This document shows, in pieces, positions 40,991 through 51,368 of a stretch of 64,000 nucleotides of DNA. Position numbers and translations under genes: made by a program. Position 1 is the first letter of the stretch, and each line of letters begins with the position of its first letter. Under the pieces are notes generated by a model. It saw nothing but the letters and a program-made list of their open reading frames with translations. It did no database searches and was not told the origin of the DNA. Origin of the DNA: Hyalangium minutum (GTDB lineage: Bacteria; Myxococcota; Myxococcia; Myxococcales; Myxococcaceae); the NCBI RefSeq assembly GCF_000737315.1, contig NZ_JMCB01000012.1, positions 124,001 to 188,000 of the forward strand, read 5' to 3'.

Positions 40991-41170
40991 ACGGACCTTG
41001 GCGACGATTGAGAGCCTGCCCTTCATCTCCCTCGCGCCGCACCTCGCGAAGAGGATCCCTATAGGGACCTTCACATCTACCAGCGTGGCTCGCGCAGGGT
41101 CCATGGCACGAGCCGCGCTCACTCCGCGGCGATATAATCTCTGGGCTATGAATCCGAGGCACTCCCTCTC

Positions 41171-42379
41171 ATGAGTGAACGGCCCAACTTGCTGTCCCCA
41201 GAAGTCCGGGCCAACCCGTACCCCCTCTACGCGAGGCTGCGGCGCGAGGCCCCTGTCTGCCAAGCGGAGCCGCGGGGGATGTGGCTCCTCACTCGGCAGG
41301 AGGACGTGCTCTACGCCCTCAAGCACCCGGAGCTCTTCTCCTCCTCGAAGCTGGCAGGAGCACTCCACGCGCCCTGGCTGGGAGGTCCCCACCCCCTCTC
41401 CTCCGCGATGAGCTTCGCGGATCCCCCCAGGCATGGACGGCTGCGAGGGCTCGTACAACAGGCCTTCACGTCCAACGCGGTGTCCCGCCTGGAGCCCTTC
41501 ATCCGCTCCGTCGCGGAGCCGCTGGTGGCTCAAATGCTGGAGCAGCGCCAAGTGGACTTCATCCAGGCGTTCGCCGTCCCGCTGGCCTCGAGCGTCATCG
41601 GCCACCTGATGGGGCTGGACACCTTTCTGTTCCGGCGAGTGAAGCGCTGGGCGGAGGATGTCGTGGCCATCACCTCCATGCCGGCGGGAAACACGGCGCG
41701 CCAGCAGCAGGTGCGCAGCTCCATGGAAGAGCTGACTGCGTACCTGGAGGAGGCGCTCGAGGCACGCCGCCATCGGCCCCAGGAGGACATCATGAGCGCG
41801 CTGCTCCAGGCGAAGGTGGACGGCGAGGCGCTCACGCCCCCGGAGCTGCTCAGCTTCCTCTTCCTGCTCCTGGCCGCAGGGCTGGAGACCATGGTGCACC
41901 TGATGGGCCACGCGATGTGGCTGCTGCGCGAATCCCCCGAGGTGTTCGCCCTGGTGCGCAAGGAGCCCGCGCGAATCCCCCGCTTCCTCGAGGAGATGCT
42001 GCGCTACGAGCCTCCCACGCAAGGCGTGCTGCGGGTGACCACCACCGAAGTAGAGCTGTCCGGCGTGCGCATCCCCGAGGGGGCACTGGTGATGCCCCTC
42101 ATCGCCTCGGCGCTGAGGGACGAGCGCCATGTGCGAGACGGAGACCGGTTCGACATGGACCGGACCGAGACCACCCATCTCGCCTTCGGCCACGGCGTGC
42201 ACTTCTGTCTGGGGGCCCCGCTGGCGCGGCTGGAGGCGCGGCTGGGGCTCGAAGCCCTGCTGCCGCGCTGCGGCGGGCTGACCGGCCGGCCGGAGCAGAC
42301 CGTGTGGAGTCCCGCCCTGACCATGCGCGGGCCGGTGGCGCTCCCCCTGGAGGTACTGCCCATCGACCGCCTCACGTGA
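41171..42379 (+). CDS. Cytochrome P450 (#3), paralog of #1
   Basis: AGLET, EEMLR, FGHGVHFCLG; N-terminus SPEVRANPYP shared with #1. Confidence 0.95.
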   Translation: MSERPNLLSPEVRANPYPLYARLRREAPVCQAEPRGMWLLTRQEDVLYALKHPELFSSSKLAGALHAPWLGGPHPLSSAMSFADPPRHGRLRGLVQQAFTSNAVSRLEPFIRSVAEPLVAQMLEQRQVDFIQAFAVPLASSVIGHLMGLDTFLFRRVKRWAEDVVAITSMPAGNTARQQQVRSSMEELTAYLEEALEARRHRPQEDIMSALLQAKVDGEALTPPELLSFLFLLLAAGLETMVHLMGHAMWLLRESPEVFALVRKEPARIPRFLEEMLRYEPPTQGVLRVTTTEVELSGVRIPEGALVMPLIASALRDERHVRDGDRFDMDRTETTHLAFGHGVHFCLGAPLARLEARLGLEALLPRCGGLTGRPEQTVWSPALTMRGPVALPLEVLPIDRLT

Positions 42380-42400
42380 AGGGAGACGGACGCGCGGCTC

Positions 42401-42715
42401 CTACCCCAGGTCCGCGACCCGCTCGTCGATCTCCTCCGCCAGACCTGGGTGGTTCTGCGCCAGCGCCTTCTCCTTGGCCTGGGCGAACACCTCGCGCGCC
42501 TTGTCTGCCTGCCCCGCCCCCGCGTAGGCATCCCCCAGGGACACCATCGCCGCCGCGTACTGCGGATCCAACCGCACCGCCTCCTCCAGGGTCTTGGCCG
42601 CCTCGGCGTACTGCCGCCGCTCCAGGTAGGCCTTGCCGAGAGAAAACTGGGCCATGGGGGAGTCGGGGAACTCGGCCACCATCTGCTTGAACTGCTCCAA
42701 CCGGGCATCGCTCAT
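42401..42715 (-). CDS. Small TPR protein
   Basis: FPDSPMAQFSLGKAY...AVRLDPQYAAAMVSLG TPR pattern; ATG at 42715. Confidence 0.8.
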   Translation of the reverse strand: MSDARLEQFKQMVAEFPDSPMAQFSLGKAYLERRQYAEAAKTLEEAVRLDPQYAAAMVSLGDAYAGAGQADKAREVFAQAKEKALAQNHPGLAEEIDERVADLG

Positions 42716-42737
42716 GCGCCTCTGATAGAGGAGAGGC

Positions 42738-44006
42738 ATGACGGTTGCCAAGGAAGACGTGCGAACCCTCGCCGAGACCGCCCGAGCCGCCTCCCGGGCC
42801 CTCGCCACCATCCCCTCCCGCCAGAAGGACGCGGCCATGCTGCGCATGGCCCTCCACCTGCGCGCCGCCGCTCCCTTCATCCTCGCCGCCAATGCCGAGG
42901 ACGTGGCCGCCGCCCGCAAGGCCGGAAAGAACGCCGCCTTCATCGACCGGCTCCTGCTCGATGCCCAGCGCCTGGAGTCCATGGCCCGAGCCGTGGAGGC
43001 CGTGGCCGACCTGAAGGACCCCGTGGGCGAAGTCACCGAGCAGTGGACGCGCCCCAACGGGCTTCAGATCCGCAAGGTGCGCCTCCCCCTGGGCGTGGTG
43101 CTCATGATTTACGAATCCCGCCCCAACGTGACGAGCGACGCCGCCGCCCTGTGTCTCAAGAGCGGCAACGCCGTGCTCCTGCGCGGCGGCAGCGAGTCCG
43201 CCCGCTCCAACCAGGCCATCGCCAAGGCCCTGCGCCAGGGGCTCGTGGAGGCGCGTCTCCCGGAGAACGCCATTCAAGTGGTCCCCGCGGGCGAGCGCGA
43301 GTCGCTCCTGGAGCTGCTCAAGCTGGAGGGCCTCATCGACCTGTGCATTCCCCGGGGCGGCGAGGGGCTCATCCGCTTCGTCGCGGAGAACGCCCGCATC
43401 CCCGTGGTGAAGCACTACAAGGGCGTCTGCCACGTCTACGTCCACGAGGCCGCCGACCTGGACATGGCCACCCGCATCACCGTCAACGCCAAGGCCAGCC
43501 GCCCTGGCGTCTGCAATGCCGCTGAATGTCTCCTGGTGGACCGCTCCGTCGCGGAGCGCTTCCTGCCCAAGGTGGGGCGCGTCCTGGTGGACAAGAAGGT
43601 GGAGCTGCGCGGCTGCCCGACCACCGTGGCGGTGCTCTCGCGCGCGGGCATCCCCGTGAAGCCCGCCACCGAGGACGACTACGGGCAGGAGTTCCTGGAC
43701 CTCATCCTGGCCGTACGCGTGGTGAAGGACCTGGACGGGGCGCTGGCACACATTGCCCGGTACGGCAGTGAACACACCGAGGCCATCGTCACCGGGGATG
43801 CGGAGGTGGCCTCGCGCTTCACCCGGGAGGTGACAGCCAGCGGGGTGCTGTGGAATGCCTCCACCCGGTTCAACGACGGGGGCGAGCTGGGGCTGGGCGC
43901 GGAGATTGGCATCTCCACCAGCCGGCTCCACGCCTTCGGCCCCATGGGTTTACGAGAGTTGACGAGTCAGAAGTACGTCGTCCACGGCAGCGGGCAGGTG
44001 CGCTAG
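42738..44006 (+). CDS. proA: Gamma-glutamyl phosphate reductase
   Basis: [25 protein letters not shown] (catalytic Cys), [17 protein letters not shown]. Confidence 0.96.
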   Translation: MTVAKEDVRTLAETARAASRALATIPSRQKDAAMLRMALHLRAAAPFILAANAEDVAAARKAGKNAAFIDRLLLDAQRLESMARAVEAVADLKDPVGEVTEQWTRPNGLQIRKVRLPLGVVLMIYESRPNVTSDAAALCLKSGNAVLLRGGSESARSNQAIAKALRQGLVEARLPENAIQVVPAGERESLLELLKLEGLIDLCIPRGGEGLIRFVAENARIPVVKHYKGVCHVYVHEAADLDMATRITVNAKASRPGVCNAAECLLVDRSVAERFLPKVGRVLVDKKVELRGCPTTVAVLSRAGIPVKPATEDDYGQEFLDLILAVRVVKDLDGALAHIARYGSEHTEAIVTGDAEVASRFTREVTASGVLWNASTRFNDGGELGLGAEIGISTSRLHAFGPMGLRELTSQKYVVHGSGQVR

Positions 44007-44018
44007 GGTGCTCCACAC

Positions 44019-44564
44019 ATGGCATTGAAGAAGAAGACGAAGACGAAGACGAAGACAGGCTCTCCCAAGGCGAAGGGCAGCGCGAAGAAGGCTCCGGCGG
44101 CCCGCGGCAAGAAGCCCGCAGCCAAGAAGCCCGTAGCACGCAAGCGGTTGGCGCCGCCCAGGCAGCGCAAGAAGTTGCTGCCGCAGCAGCCCGAGGCCGC
44201 TGCCAGTCCTCCCGAGAACCCGCGCGCCAAGGCCCTGGCCCACAAGATTGGCCAGCTGCTCGTGGACAAGAAGGCCAAGGACGTGCTGGTGCTCGACGTG
44301 CGCGGCATGTCCTCCTACGCGGACTACATCGTCCTGGCCTCGGCCGACAGCGACCGGCAGGTGAGCGCCATGGCGGAGACGGTGCACACCCAGCTCAAGC
44401 AGGAGGACAGCCTGTCCCCCGCGGGCACCGAGGGCCGGGAGACCGGGCAGTGGGTGCTCCTGGACTACCACCAGGTGGTGGCGCACCTGTTCCTCGACGA
44501 CGTGCGCGCCTTCTATGATCTCGAGGGCCTCTGGGCTGACGCGCCTCGGGAGAAGCTCTCCTGA
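44019..44564 (+). CDS. rsfS: Ribosome silencing factor with long basic N-terminal extension
   Basis: [36 protein letters not shown]. Confidence 0.93.
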   Translation: MALKKKTKTKTKTGSPKAKGSAKKAPAARGKKPAAKKPVARKRLAPPRQRKKLLPQQPEAAASPPENPRAKALAHKIGQLLVDKKAKDVLVLDVRGMSSYADYIVLASADSDRQVSAMAETVHTQLKQEDSLSPAGTEGRETGQWVLLDYHQVVAHLFLDDVRAFYDLEGLWADAPREKLS

Positions 44565-45025
44565 AGGTAAGGCTGCTGTCGATGGGCAAGGATCGCTCCG
44601 GGCTGTTCGAGCCGGGCGTGCGTGAGTACGCCTCGCGCCTGGAGCACTACACGCGCTTCGAGCTGGTGGAGCTGCCCGAGGCCAGCGGCAAGAAGCTCAA
44701 GCCCGGGGATGCCAAGACCGCCGAGGCCGAGGTCATCCTCGGCCGCCTCAAGCCCCAGGACTGGCTCGTGGCAATGGACGAGCGGGGCAAGCAGCTGGAC
44801 TCGGTGGAGCTCAGCCGCTACCTGGCCAAGGCGCAAACCGGAGCCAAGGATTTGCTCTTCGTCATCGGCGGTGACGAGGGCCTGGACGAGTCGGTCCGCC
44901 AGGCTGCGCACCTCACCCTGTCGCTCTCGCGGATGACGCTGCCGCACCGGCTGGCGCGGCTGGTGCTCATTGAGCAGATCTACCGCGCGTTCACCATCAT
45001 CAAAGGTGAGCCGTACCACAAGTGA
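44561..45025 (+). CDS. rlmH: 23S rRNA m3Psi1915 methyltransferase; probable CTG start
   Basis: [39 protein letters not shown]. In-frame CTG at 44561 restores the (M)KVRLLS.GK N-terminus. Confidence 0.93.
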   Translation: MKVRLLSMGKDRSGLFEPGVREYASRLEHYTRFELVELPEASGKKLKPGDAKTAEAEVILGRLKPQDWLVAMDERGKQLDSVELSRYLAKAQTGAKDLLFVIGGDEGLDESVRQAAHLTLSLSRMTLPHRLARLVLIEQIYRAFTIIKGEPYHK

Positions 45026-45076
45026 CGCGGGGCGTCTGAGCGTCAGTCCGTGTGCGGCGCTCGCGTCCGGCGGCCC

Positions 45077-46222
45077 ATGATGACCTCCCCCACTCCGGCC
45101 CCCTCCAGCGCTCGCGTCCGAATCGTTGCCTCGTCGCAATCCTGGGTGGAAGGCGAGGCCGTCCGGCAGCTCGAAGCGGTGGCCAGGCTGCCGGGCATGC
45201 GGCTCGCGGTGGGGTTGCCCGATATCCACCCGGGCAAAGGCGCTCCGGTGGGCGCGGCACTCGCCTCCGAGGGCTTCCTCTATCCCTTCCTTGTCGGCAA
45301 CGACATCGGCTGTGGGATGGGGCTGTGGGATGTAGAGCTTGCAGCGCGCAAGGCAAAGCTGGAGCGGTGGGCGGCGAAGCTGAACCTGGATGGACCCTGG
45401 GAGGGCAACGCGGAGGCCTTCCTCGCGGACCAGGGAGTAGAGCCCGCGGGCTTCGAGCTGGCGCTCGGCACGGTCGGCGGGGGCAACCACTTCGCGGAGC
45501 TCCAACGGGTGGACTCGGTGCATGACGCGGAGGTCTTCGCCTCGCTGGGGCTGAGAGAGGACCGGGTGCTGATGCTCATCCACTCCGGCTCACGAGGACT
45601 GGGCGAGGCCACGCTGCGGACCCACGTGGACAAGCATGGCGCGGGCGGGCTGCCGGAGGACTCGGACGACGCGCGGCGGTACTTGAAGCGGCATGACCAT
45701 GCGGTGGCCTGGGGCCGGGCGAACCGCGCGCTGATTGCCCAGCGCATGATGGACGGCATCGGCTCCACGGGGCGGCGGGTGCTGGACGTGTGCCACAACA
45801 GCGTCATCTCGCGTGAGGTGGACGGCTGCACGTGCTGGCTGCACCGCAAGGGCGCGGCGCCCTCGGACCAGGGCCCCGTTGTGATTCCCGGCAGCCGCGG
45901 CGCTTTGAGTTACCTGGTCCTCCCCGTGGGCGAGGGCTCCGCGAGCGCGCACAGTCTGGCGCACGGCGCCGGCCGCAAGTGGAACCGCACCCACGCGCGT
46001 GAGCGGATGCGCGAGCGCTTCACCGCCGAGTCCCTGACCCGCACCTCCTTCAAGAGCCACGTCATCTGCGAGGACCGCGACCTGCTCTTCGAGGAGGCCC
46101 CGCCCGCGTACAAGCCCATTGACCGCGTGGTGACGGACCTGGTGGAGGCGGGGCTCGTGCGCGTGGTGGCCACCCTGGCCCCCGTGCTCACCTACAAGAC
46201 GCGCGGCGGCGCCCGGGACTAA
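45077..46222 (+). CDS. rtcB: RtcB-family RNA ligase, release-factor-H-coupled (RtcB2/YkfJ-like) type
   Basis: PDIHPGKG, GNDIGCGM, GGGNHFAE, HSGSRG, HRKGA, HGAGR, ICED motifs; compact 381 aa with SWVEGEAV.QL N-terminus. Confidence 0.88.
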   Translation: MMTSPTPAPSSARVRIVASSQSWVEGEAVRQLEAVARLPGMRLAVGLPDIHPGKGAPVGAALASEGFLYPFLVGNDIGCGMGLWDVELAARKAKLERWAAKLNLDGPWEGNAEAFLADQGVEPAGFELALGTVGGGNHFAELQRVDSVHDAEVFASLGLREDRVLMLIHSGSRGLGEATLRTHVDKHGAGGLPEDSDDARRYLKRHDHAVAWGRANRALIAQRMMDGIGSTGRRVLDVCHNSVISREVDGCTCWLHRKGAAPSDQGPVVIPGSRGALSYLVLPVGEGSASAHSLAHGAGRKWNRTHARERMRERFTAESLTRTSFKSHVICEDRDLLFEEAPPAYKPIDRVVTDLVEAGLVRVVATLAPVLTYKTRGGARD

Positions 46223-47178
46223 CGCGCCCCGGGCGTGAACCGGTCCACATACTGGCGCTGGTTGTCGATCTCCTTCTTCTCTCCGCCCTCCTCCTGCAAC
46301 ACCACGTGGGACTTCGTCGTCGAGCGCTGCAGGTGCGGCACCAGCGTCTCCGGCTCGACGATGAACTCCACGGTGTTGTCCACCTGCAGCGCCGCCACGG
46401 TCATCTCCGGAATGGCCGCGTCCGGTAGCCCCATGTTGGCCTTCATGGTGGCCTTCAGCTGGCGCACCAACTCCGTGCCAGAGCGCTCGAGCCCCTCGGG
46501 ATCCACTGAGGACTCCAGCACCAGCCGCACGCAGCGCTTCTCCGCCGCGCCCTCGGTGCAGGGGACGCGCTCCTTCAGCGTCACCTTCTCACGCGTGGCC
46601 GCCAGACTCCCGAAGAGGGGCACCAGGGTCTGGCTCTTGCGCTCCACGAACTCGCCCGGCTTCAAGGCGAGCCCGATCCACTTCCCCACCAGCATCTCCC
46701 ACTGCGTCTGGGCGGCCCGATCCATCGCATCCCGCACCAGTCCGATGATCTGCTCCTGCTGCTCCTTTGGAATGCCCTGGCTCTCGGCCTCCTGGAGCAT
46801 CTCCTGCACGGTCTTGTCGATGCCTTCGATGCGCCGCAGCTCTCCCTTCGGTCCGAGGATGAGCGTCGGCAGCTGAGGCGGAGCGCCCTCGGCAGGCGGC
46901 GCTCCTTCTCCTGGCTGTGGCTTCGGCTCGAAGCTCAGCTTCCGCTCCTCGCCCTGCCCCTCCAGGCGCAGCGTGTATTCGAGCGACGACTGCTCCGGTG
47001 CCTCCCCGCTGTCCGTCACCGTACTGGCGGAGGAGACCTGGACCGCGAGCCCTTCCGGCCAGGCGAAGCGCAGGGCGCCGTCACCGGCGGTGGACCCTCC
47101 CGCGCCGGAGGAGGTCGCGCAGTGGGTGAACAACCCGGCCAGGGCCAGGCAGGAGACAGCACGGAAGAAGCGGGACAT
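46219..47178 (-). CDS. Hypothetical exported protein/lipoprotein
   Basis: Hydrophobic N-terminus ending LFTHC; GGAG RBS; no family recognised. Confidence 0.65.
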   Translation of the reverse strand: MSRFFRAVSCLALAGLFTHCATSSGAGGSTAGDGALRFAWPEGLAVQVSSASTVTDSGEAPEQSSLEYTLRLEGQGEERKLSFEPKPQPGEGAPPAEGAPPQLPTLILGPKGELRRIEGIDKTVQEMLQEAESQGIPKEQQEQIIGLVRDAMDRAAQTQWEMLVGKWIGLALKPGEFVERKSQTLVPLFGSLAATREKVTLKERVPCTEGAAEKRCVRLVLESSVDPEGLERSGTELVRQLKATMKANMGLPDAAIPEMTVAALQVDNTVEFIVEPETLVPHLQRSTTKSHVVLQEEGGEKKEIDNQRQYVDRFTPGAR

Positions 47179-47207
47179 GGAGACTCCAGGGAGCAGGCGT
47201 TGCGGAC

Positions 47208-47984
47208 TCAGCCGCCGAAGGCCTCGGCGAAGAAGTCGTTCATCGCCTGGTAGGCGCGCTTGGCCACCTTCGGATTGTACTGGGCCTGGCCCGCGACGTT
47301 GGCGTCCACGTCGGTGAAGCTGTGCACCGCGTTGCCGTACGACACGAGCTGCCAGTCCGCCTTCGCCTTGCGCATCTCCTCCTGGAAGCCCGTCACCTCG
47401 GCGGCCGGCACGTACGGGTCATCCGCCCCGTGCAGCGCGAGCACCTTCGCCGTGAGGCCCTTGCCCTCCGCCGCCAGGGGTGCGTCCAGGCCCCCGTGGA
47501 AGGACACCACCCCCGCCACGTCCGCGCCGCTGCGCGCCAGCTCCAGCACGCTCGTGCCGCCGAAGCAGAAGCCGATGGCCCCCAGCTTCTTCGCGTCCAG
47601 CCCCACCGCCTTGCCCTCCGAGCGCAGCTGCTCCAGCGCCTTGTTCACCCGCGCGCGCATCAGGTGGCGATCGCCCTTCACCGCACCCGCGGCCTTGCCC
47701 GCCTCGTCCGTGTTCTTGGGGCGCAAAGTCTCGCCGTACATGTCCGCCACGAAGAGGATGTAGCTCTTCCCGGCGATCTCCGCCGCCTGCTTCAGGTTCG
47801 GTGCATTGATTCCCAACCAGTTGGGGACCAGCACCAGGCCCGGGCGCGGAGTCTTCACCGAATCGTCGTAGATCAACACGCCTTCGAGCTTCGTCCCGCT
47901 CAGCTCGTACTTGACCGGCTTCTGCACGGGCTTCGCCGCCGCCGTCAGCGCCACCAGCCCTACCAACAGTCCCAGGACTCGCAT
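47208..47984 (-). CDS. Secreted dienelactone hydrolase family protein
   Basis: GFCFGG nucleophile, VSFHG, HGADDP, AVHSF; N-terminal signal peptide. Confidence 0.92.
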   Translation of the reverse strand: MRVLGLLVGLVALTAAAKPVQKPVKYELSGTKLEGVLIYDDSVKTPRPGLVLVPNWLGINAPNLKQAAEIAGKSYILFVADMYGETLRPKNTDEAGKAAGAVKGDRHLMRARVNKALEQLRSEGKAVGLDAKKLGAIGFCFGGTSVLELARSGADVAGVVSFHGGLDAPLAAEGKGLTAKVLALHGADDPYVPAAEVTGFQEEMRKAKADWQLVSYGNAVHSFTDVDANVAGQAQYNPKVAKRAYQAMNDFFAEAFGG

Positions 47985-48213
47985 TGCCTCACGCTCCTTG
48001 TCCCTCCCTCTGCGCATGGCCGAAGGACCCTGCACGGGAGGGCAGAGCGCGCCTTACGCTCCCTGGGACGGAGTGTCTAGCGACGTTCCCCTTCCCTGGC
48101 CGCTCCCCTGCCCATTGAGCCCACTCCCTCACTTTCATCCATTGGAGAATACCTAGCGAAAGACGCCGCCCCCCTCTTGCAGCACAATGCGCGAAAGGAG
48201 AGAGGGTGCCCTG

Positions 48214-49605
<1,392 letters not shown>

Positions 49606-49662
49606 TGTGGCAAAACACCACGCCCCTCCCGCAGCTTCGAATCCCTTGTCGCAAAATGGCAC
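49606..49662 (+). promoter_or_regulatory. Tandem enhancer-like activator binding sites
   Basis: TGTGGCAAAACACCAC (49606-21) and TGTCGCAAAATGGCAC (49647-62), 41 bp apart, 70-125 bp upstream of a sigma54 promoter. Confidence 0.6.
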
Positions 49663-49729
49663 ACCCGCTCACCCCACAGCGGCACGGCTCTCTCGCCAGG
49701 ATTCGAGGGGTTGACGGAGCCGTCACCCG

Positions 49730-49745
49730 CGGCACCTGAATTGCA
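49730..49745 (+). promoter_or_regulatory. Sigma54 -24/-12 promoter
   Basis: CGGCAC-CTGAA-TTGCA with exact GG-N10-GC spacing. Confidence 0.8.
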
Positions 49746-49801
49746 CTCGCGTGAGAGGGGGACCCTGCCGCGTCCTCTGAGAACACGACGAAAGGTAAGG
49801 G

Positions 49802-50179
49802 GTGATGATCCGCAAGGTCCTGCTCGTGGATGACGAGGTCGATATCCGCACCATCGGCTTCCTGAGCCTGAGCCGTGTGGGAGGGTGGCAGACGGTGTTG
49901 GCCTCGTCAGGAATGGAGGCCGTCACCAAGGCCGCCGCCGAGCTGCCGGATCTCATCCTGCTGGATGTGCAGATGCCGGACTTGGACGGGCTCACCACGT
50001 TCGGCCGACTGAGGGCTCAGGCCGTCACAGCGGCCCTGCCCATCATCTTCATGACGGCGAAGCTCCAGGCGCAGGATGTGGCGCGCTACCTGGAGCTGGG
50101 GGCCCTGGGCGTCATTGGCAAGCCGTTCGATCCACTGACGCTGCCCAAAGAAATCAAGCGGCTGATGCCCTCTTCTTGA
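49802..50179 (+). CDS. Single-domain response regulator
   Basis: VLLVDDE, LILLDVQMP, FMTAK, IGKPF. Confidence 0.93.
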   Translation: MMIRKVLLVDDEVDIRTIGFLSLSRVGGWQTVLASSGMEAVTKAAAELPDLILLDVQMPDLDGLTTFGRLRAQAVTAALPIIFMTAKLQAQDVARYLELGALGVIGKPFDPLTLPKEIKRLMPSS

Positions 50180-50234
50180 AGAGCCGGAGGCCCCGGAGTT
50201 CCCTAGCGCTGACGGACAACGGCATCATGGGCTC

Positions 50235-50549
50235 ATGGACGAGGAAACCGCCGCCGCCATTGCCGCGCTGAACGCCGAGTACGGCGCCCGCCTCCCAGAG
50301 AAGTACCGTGAGTTGGCGAACGCGACCGCTCGGGCGCAGCAGGGCTCCCCCCAGGCGCTGGAGGAGGCCCTCAAGCTCGCGCACACGCTGCATGGCACCG
50401 CAGGCGCCTATGGGTTCGCGCAGGTGAGCAGTGCGGCGGCACGTTTGGAGGCGGCGCTCCGGCAGTTCCGCACGGGCGCTGGCAACTGGGACGGCGTGCA
50501 GACAGCGCTCCAGGAGCTCAGCCACATCCGGAACGGAAATAAGCGCTGA
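50235..50549 (+). CDS. Stand-alone Hpt (histidine phosphotransfer) protein
   Basis: LAHTLHGTAGAYGF..VS.AAA.LE Hpt signature. Confidence 0.88.
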   Translation: MDEETAAAIAALNAEYGARLPEKYRELANATARAQQGSPQALEEALKLAHTLHGTAGAYGFAQVSSAAARLEAALRQFRTGAGNWDGVQTALQELSHIRNGNKR

Positions 50550-50675
50550 GGCAAAACTCATAGCCATCGTAAGACCCCAGAATGTACAGGGCGGGTTTGG
50601 AGGGCTACAGGCTTTCCAGGCCCGCCCTTCGTTTTCAGTCCTTGAGATTCCGGGTATTTGCTGGCGTTCCAGGCA

Positions 50676-50691
50676 TGGCATCTTGGTTGCT
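50676..50691 (+). promoter_or_regulatory. Sigma54 -24/-12 promoter-like motif
   Basis: TGGCAT-CTTGG-TTGCT, exact spacing, ending 13 nt before ATG 50705. Confidence 0.65.
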
Positions 50692-50704
50692 TCAAGGAGT
50701 GAGC

Positions 50705-51340
50705 ATGAAGACCGTGCTCCTCCTCAGCACCGACTCCAGCACCCGTGACACGGTGACCTGCGCTTTCGCGCCGCACTCGGACCTCCGCCTGGTGCTGGCC
50801 TCCAGCTTCCATGGCGCGCTGTGGACCATGTGCGAGGAAGAGGTGGACCTCGTCATCACCGATCTGGGGATGCCCGAGCGTCAGGGGCTCGACTTGCTGG
50901 CCTACATGGCCAACTACCGCTCCAAGGTGCCGGTGCTGACGATGAGTGCCGCGAAGCCGTCCCGGGGCATGCAGGGCCAGCTCTGCTGGAGAGGCCACCT
51001 GAGCACGTCCCTGCGGCCCAACGTGCTCCTCTCCTACGTGCGCGAGGGCCTGCGGAGCGTGGAGCGCGGGGACTACCGCCCCGTGGGGCTGCATGACTTG
51101 CTGCGCGTCCTCTCGTACGAGCAGGACACGTGCACGCTGCAGGTGAAGGCGGGGCTGAAGGCGGGCCACCTGCAGCTCGTCCGGGGGAAGATCGTCCACG
51201 CGGTCTGCGGCGAGACGGAGGCCGAGTCGGCCGCTCGCGAGCTGCTGAGCTGGCAGACCCCGTGGCTGCGCATGGAGCCCATGCCCACCCGTCTGAACGA
51301 GACCCTGGTGGACCAGCACCTGTCAGAGCAAGTGGCCTGA
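50705..51340 (+). CDS. Atypical receiver plus PATAN/DUF4388-like domain protein
   Basis: DLVITDLGMP receiver core; C-terminal GLHDLL..LS.EQ.TC.L.V...G.L.LVRGKIVHA DUF4388 pattern. Confidence 0.8.
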   Translation: MKTVLLLSTDSSTRDTVTCAFAPHSDLRLVLASSFHGALWTMCEEEVDLVITDLGMPERQGLDLLAYMANYRSKVPVLTMSAAKPSRGMQGQLCWRGHLSTSLRPNVLLSYVREGLRSVERGDYRPVGLHDLLRVLSYEQDTCTLQVKAGLKAGHLQLVRGKIVHAVCGETEAESAARELLSWQTPWLRMEPMPTRLNETLVDQHLSEQVA

Positions 51341-51368
51341 AAGCGCTGCCGGAGTTAGGTTCCGGCGC

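Noticed and set aside
41104-41119. TGGCACGAGCCGCGCT as a sigma54 promoter for P450 #3
   Set aside because: The spacing is right but the -12 element is GCGC rather than TTGC; a TATAAT nearby is a better candidate.
41880-41895. P450 #3 I-helix AGLETM instead of AGxETT
   Set aside because: The catalytic acid-alcohol pair (E-T) is retained; the change is at the following, variable position.
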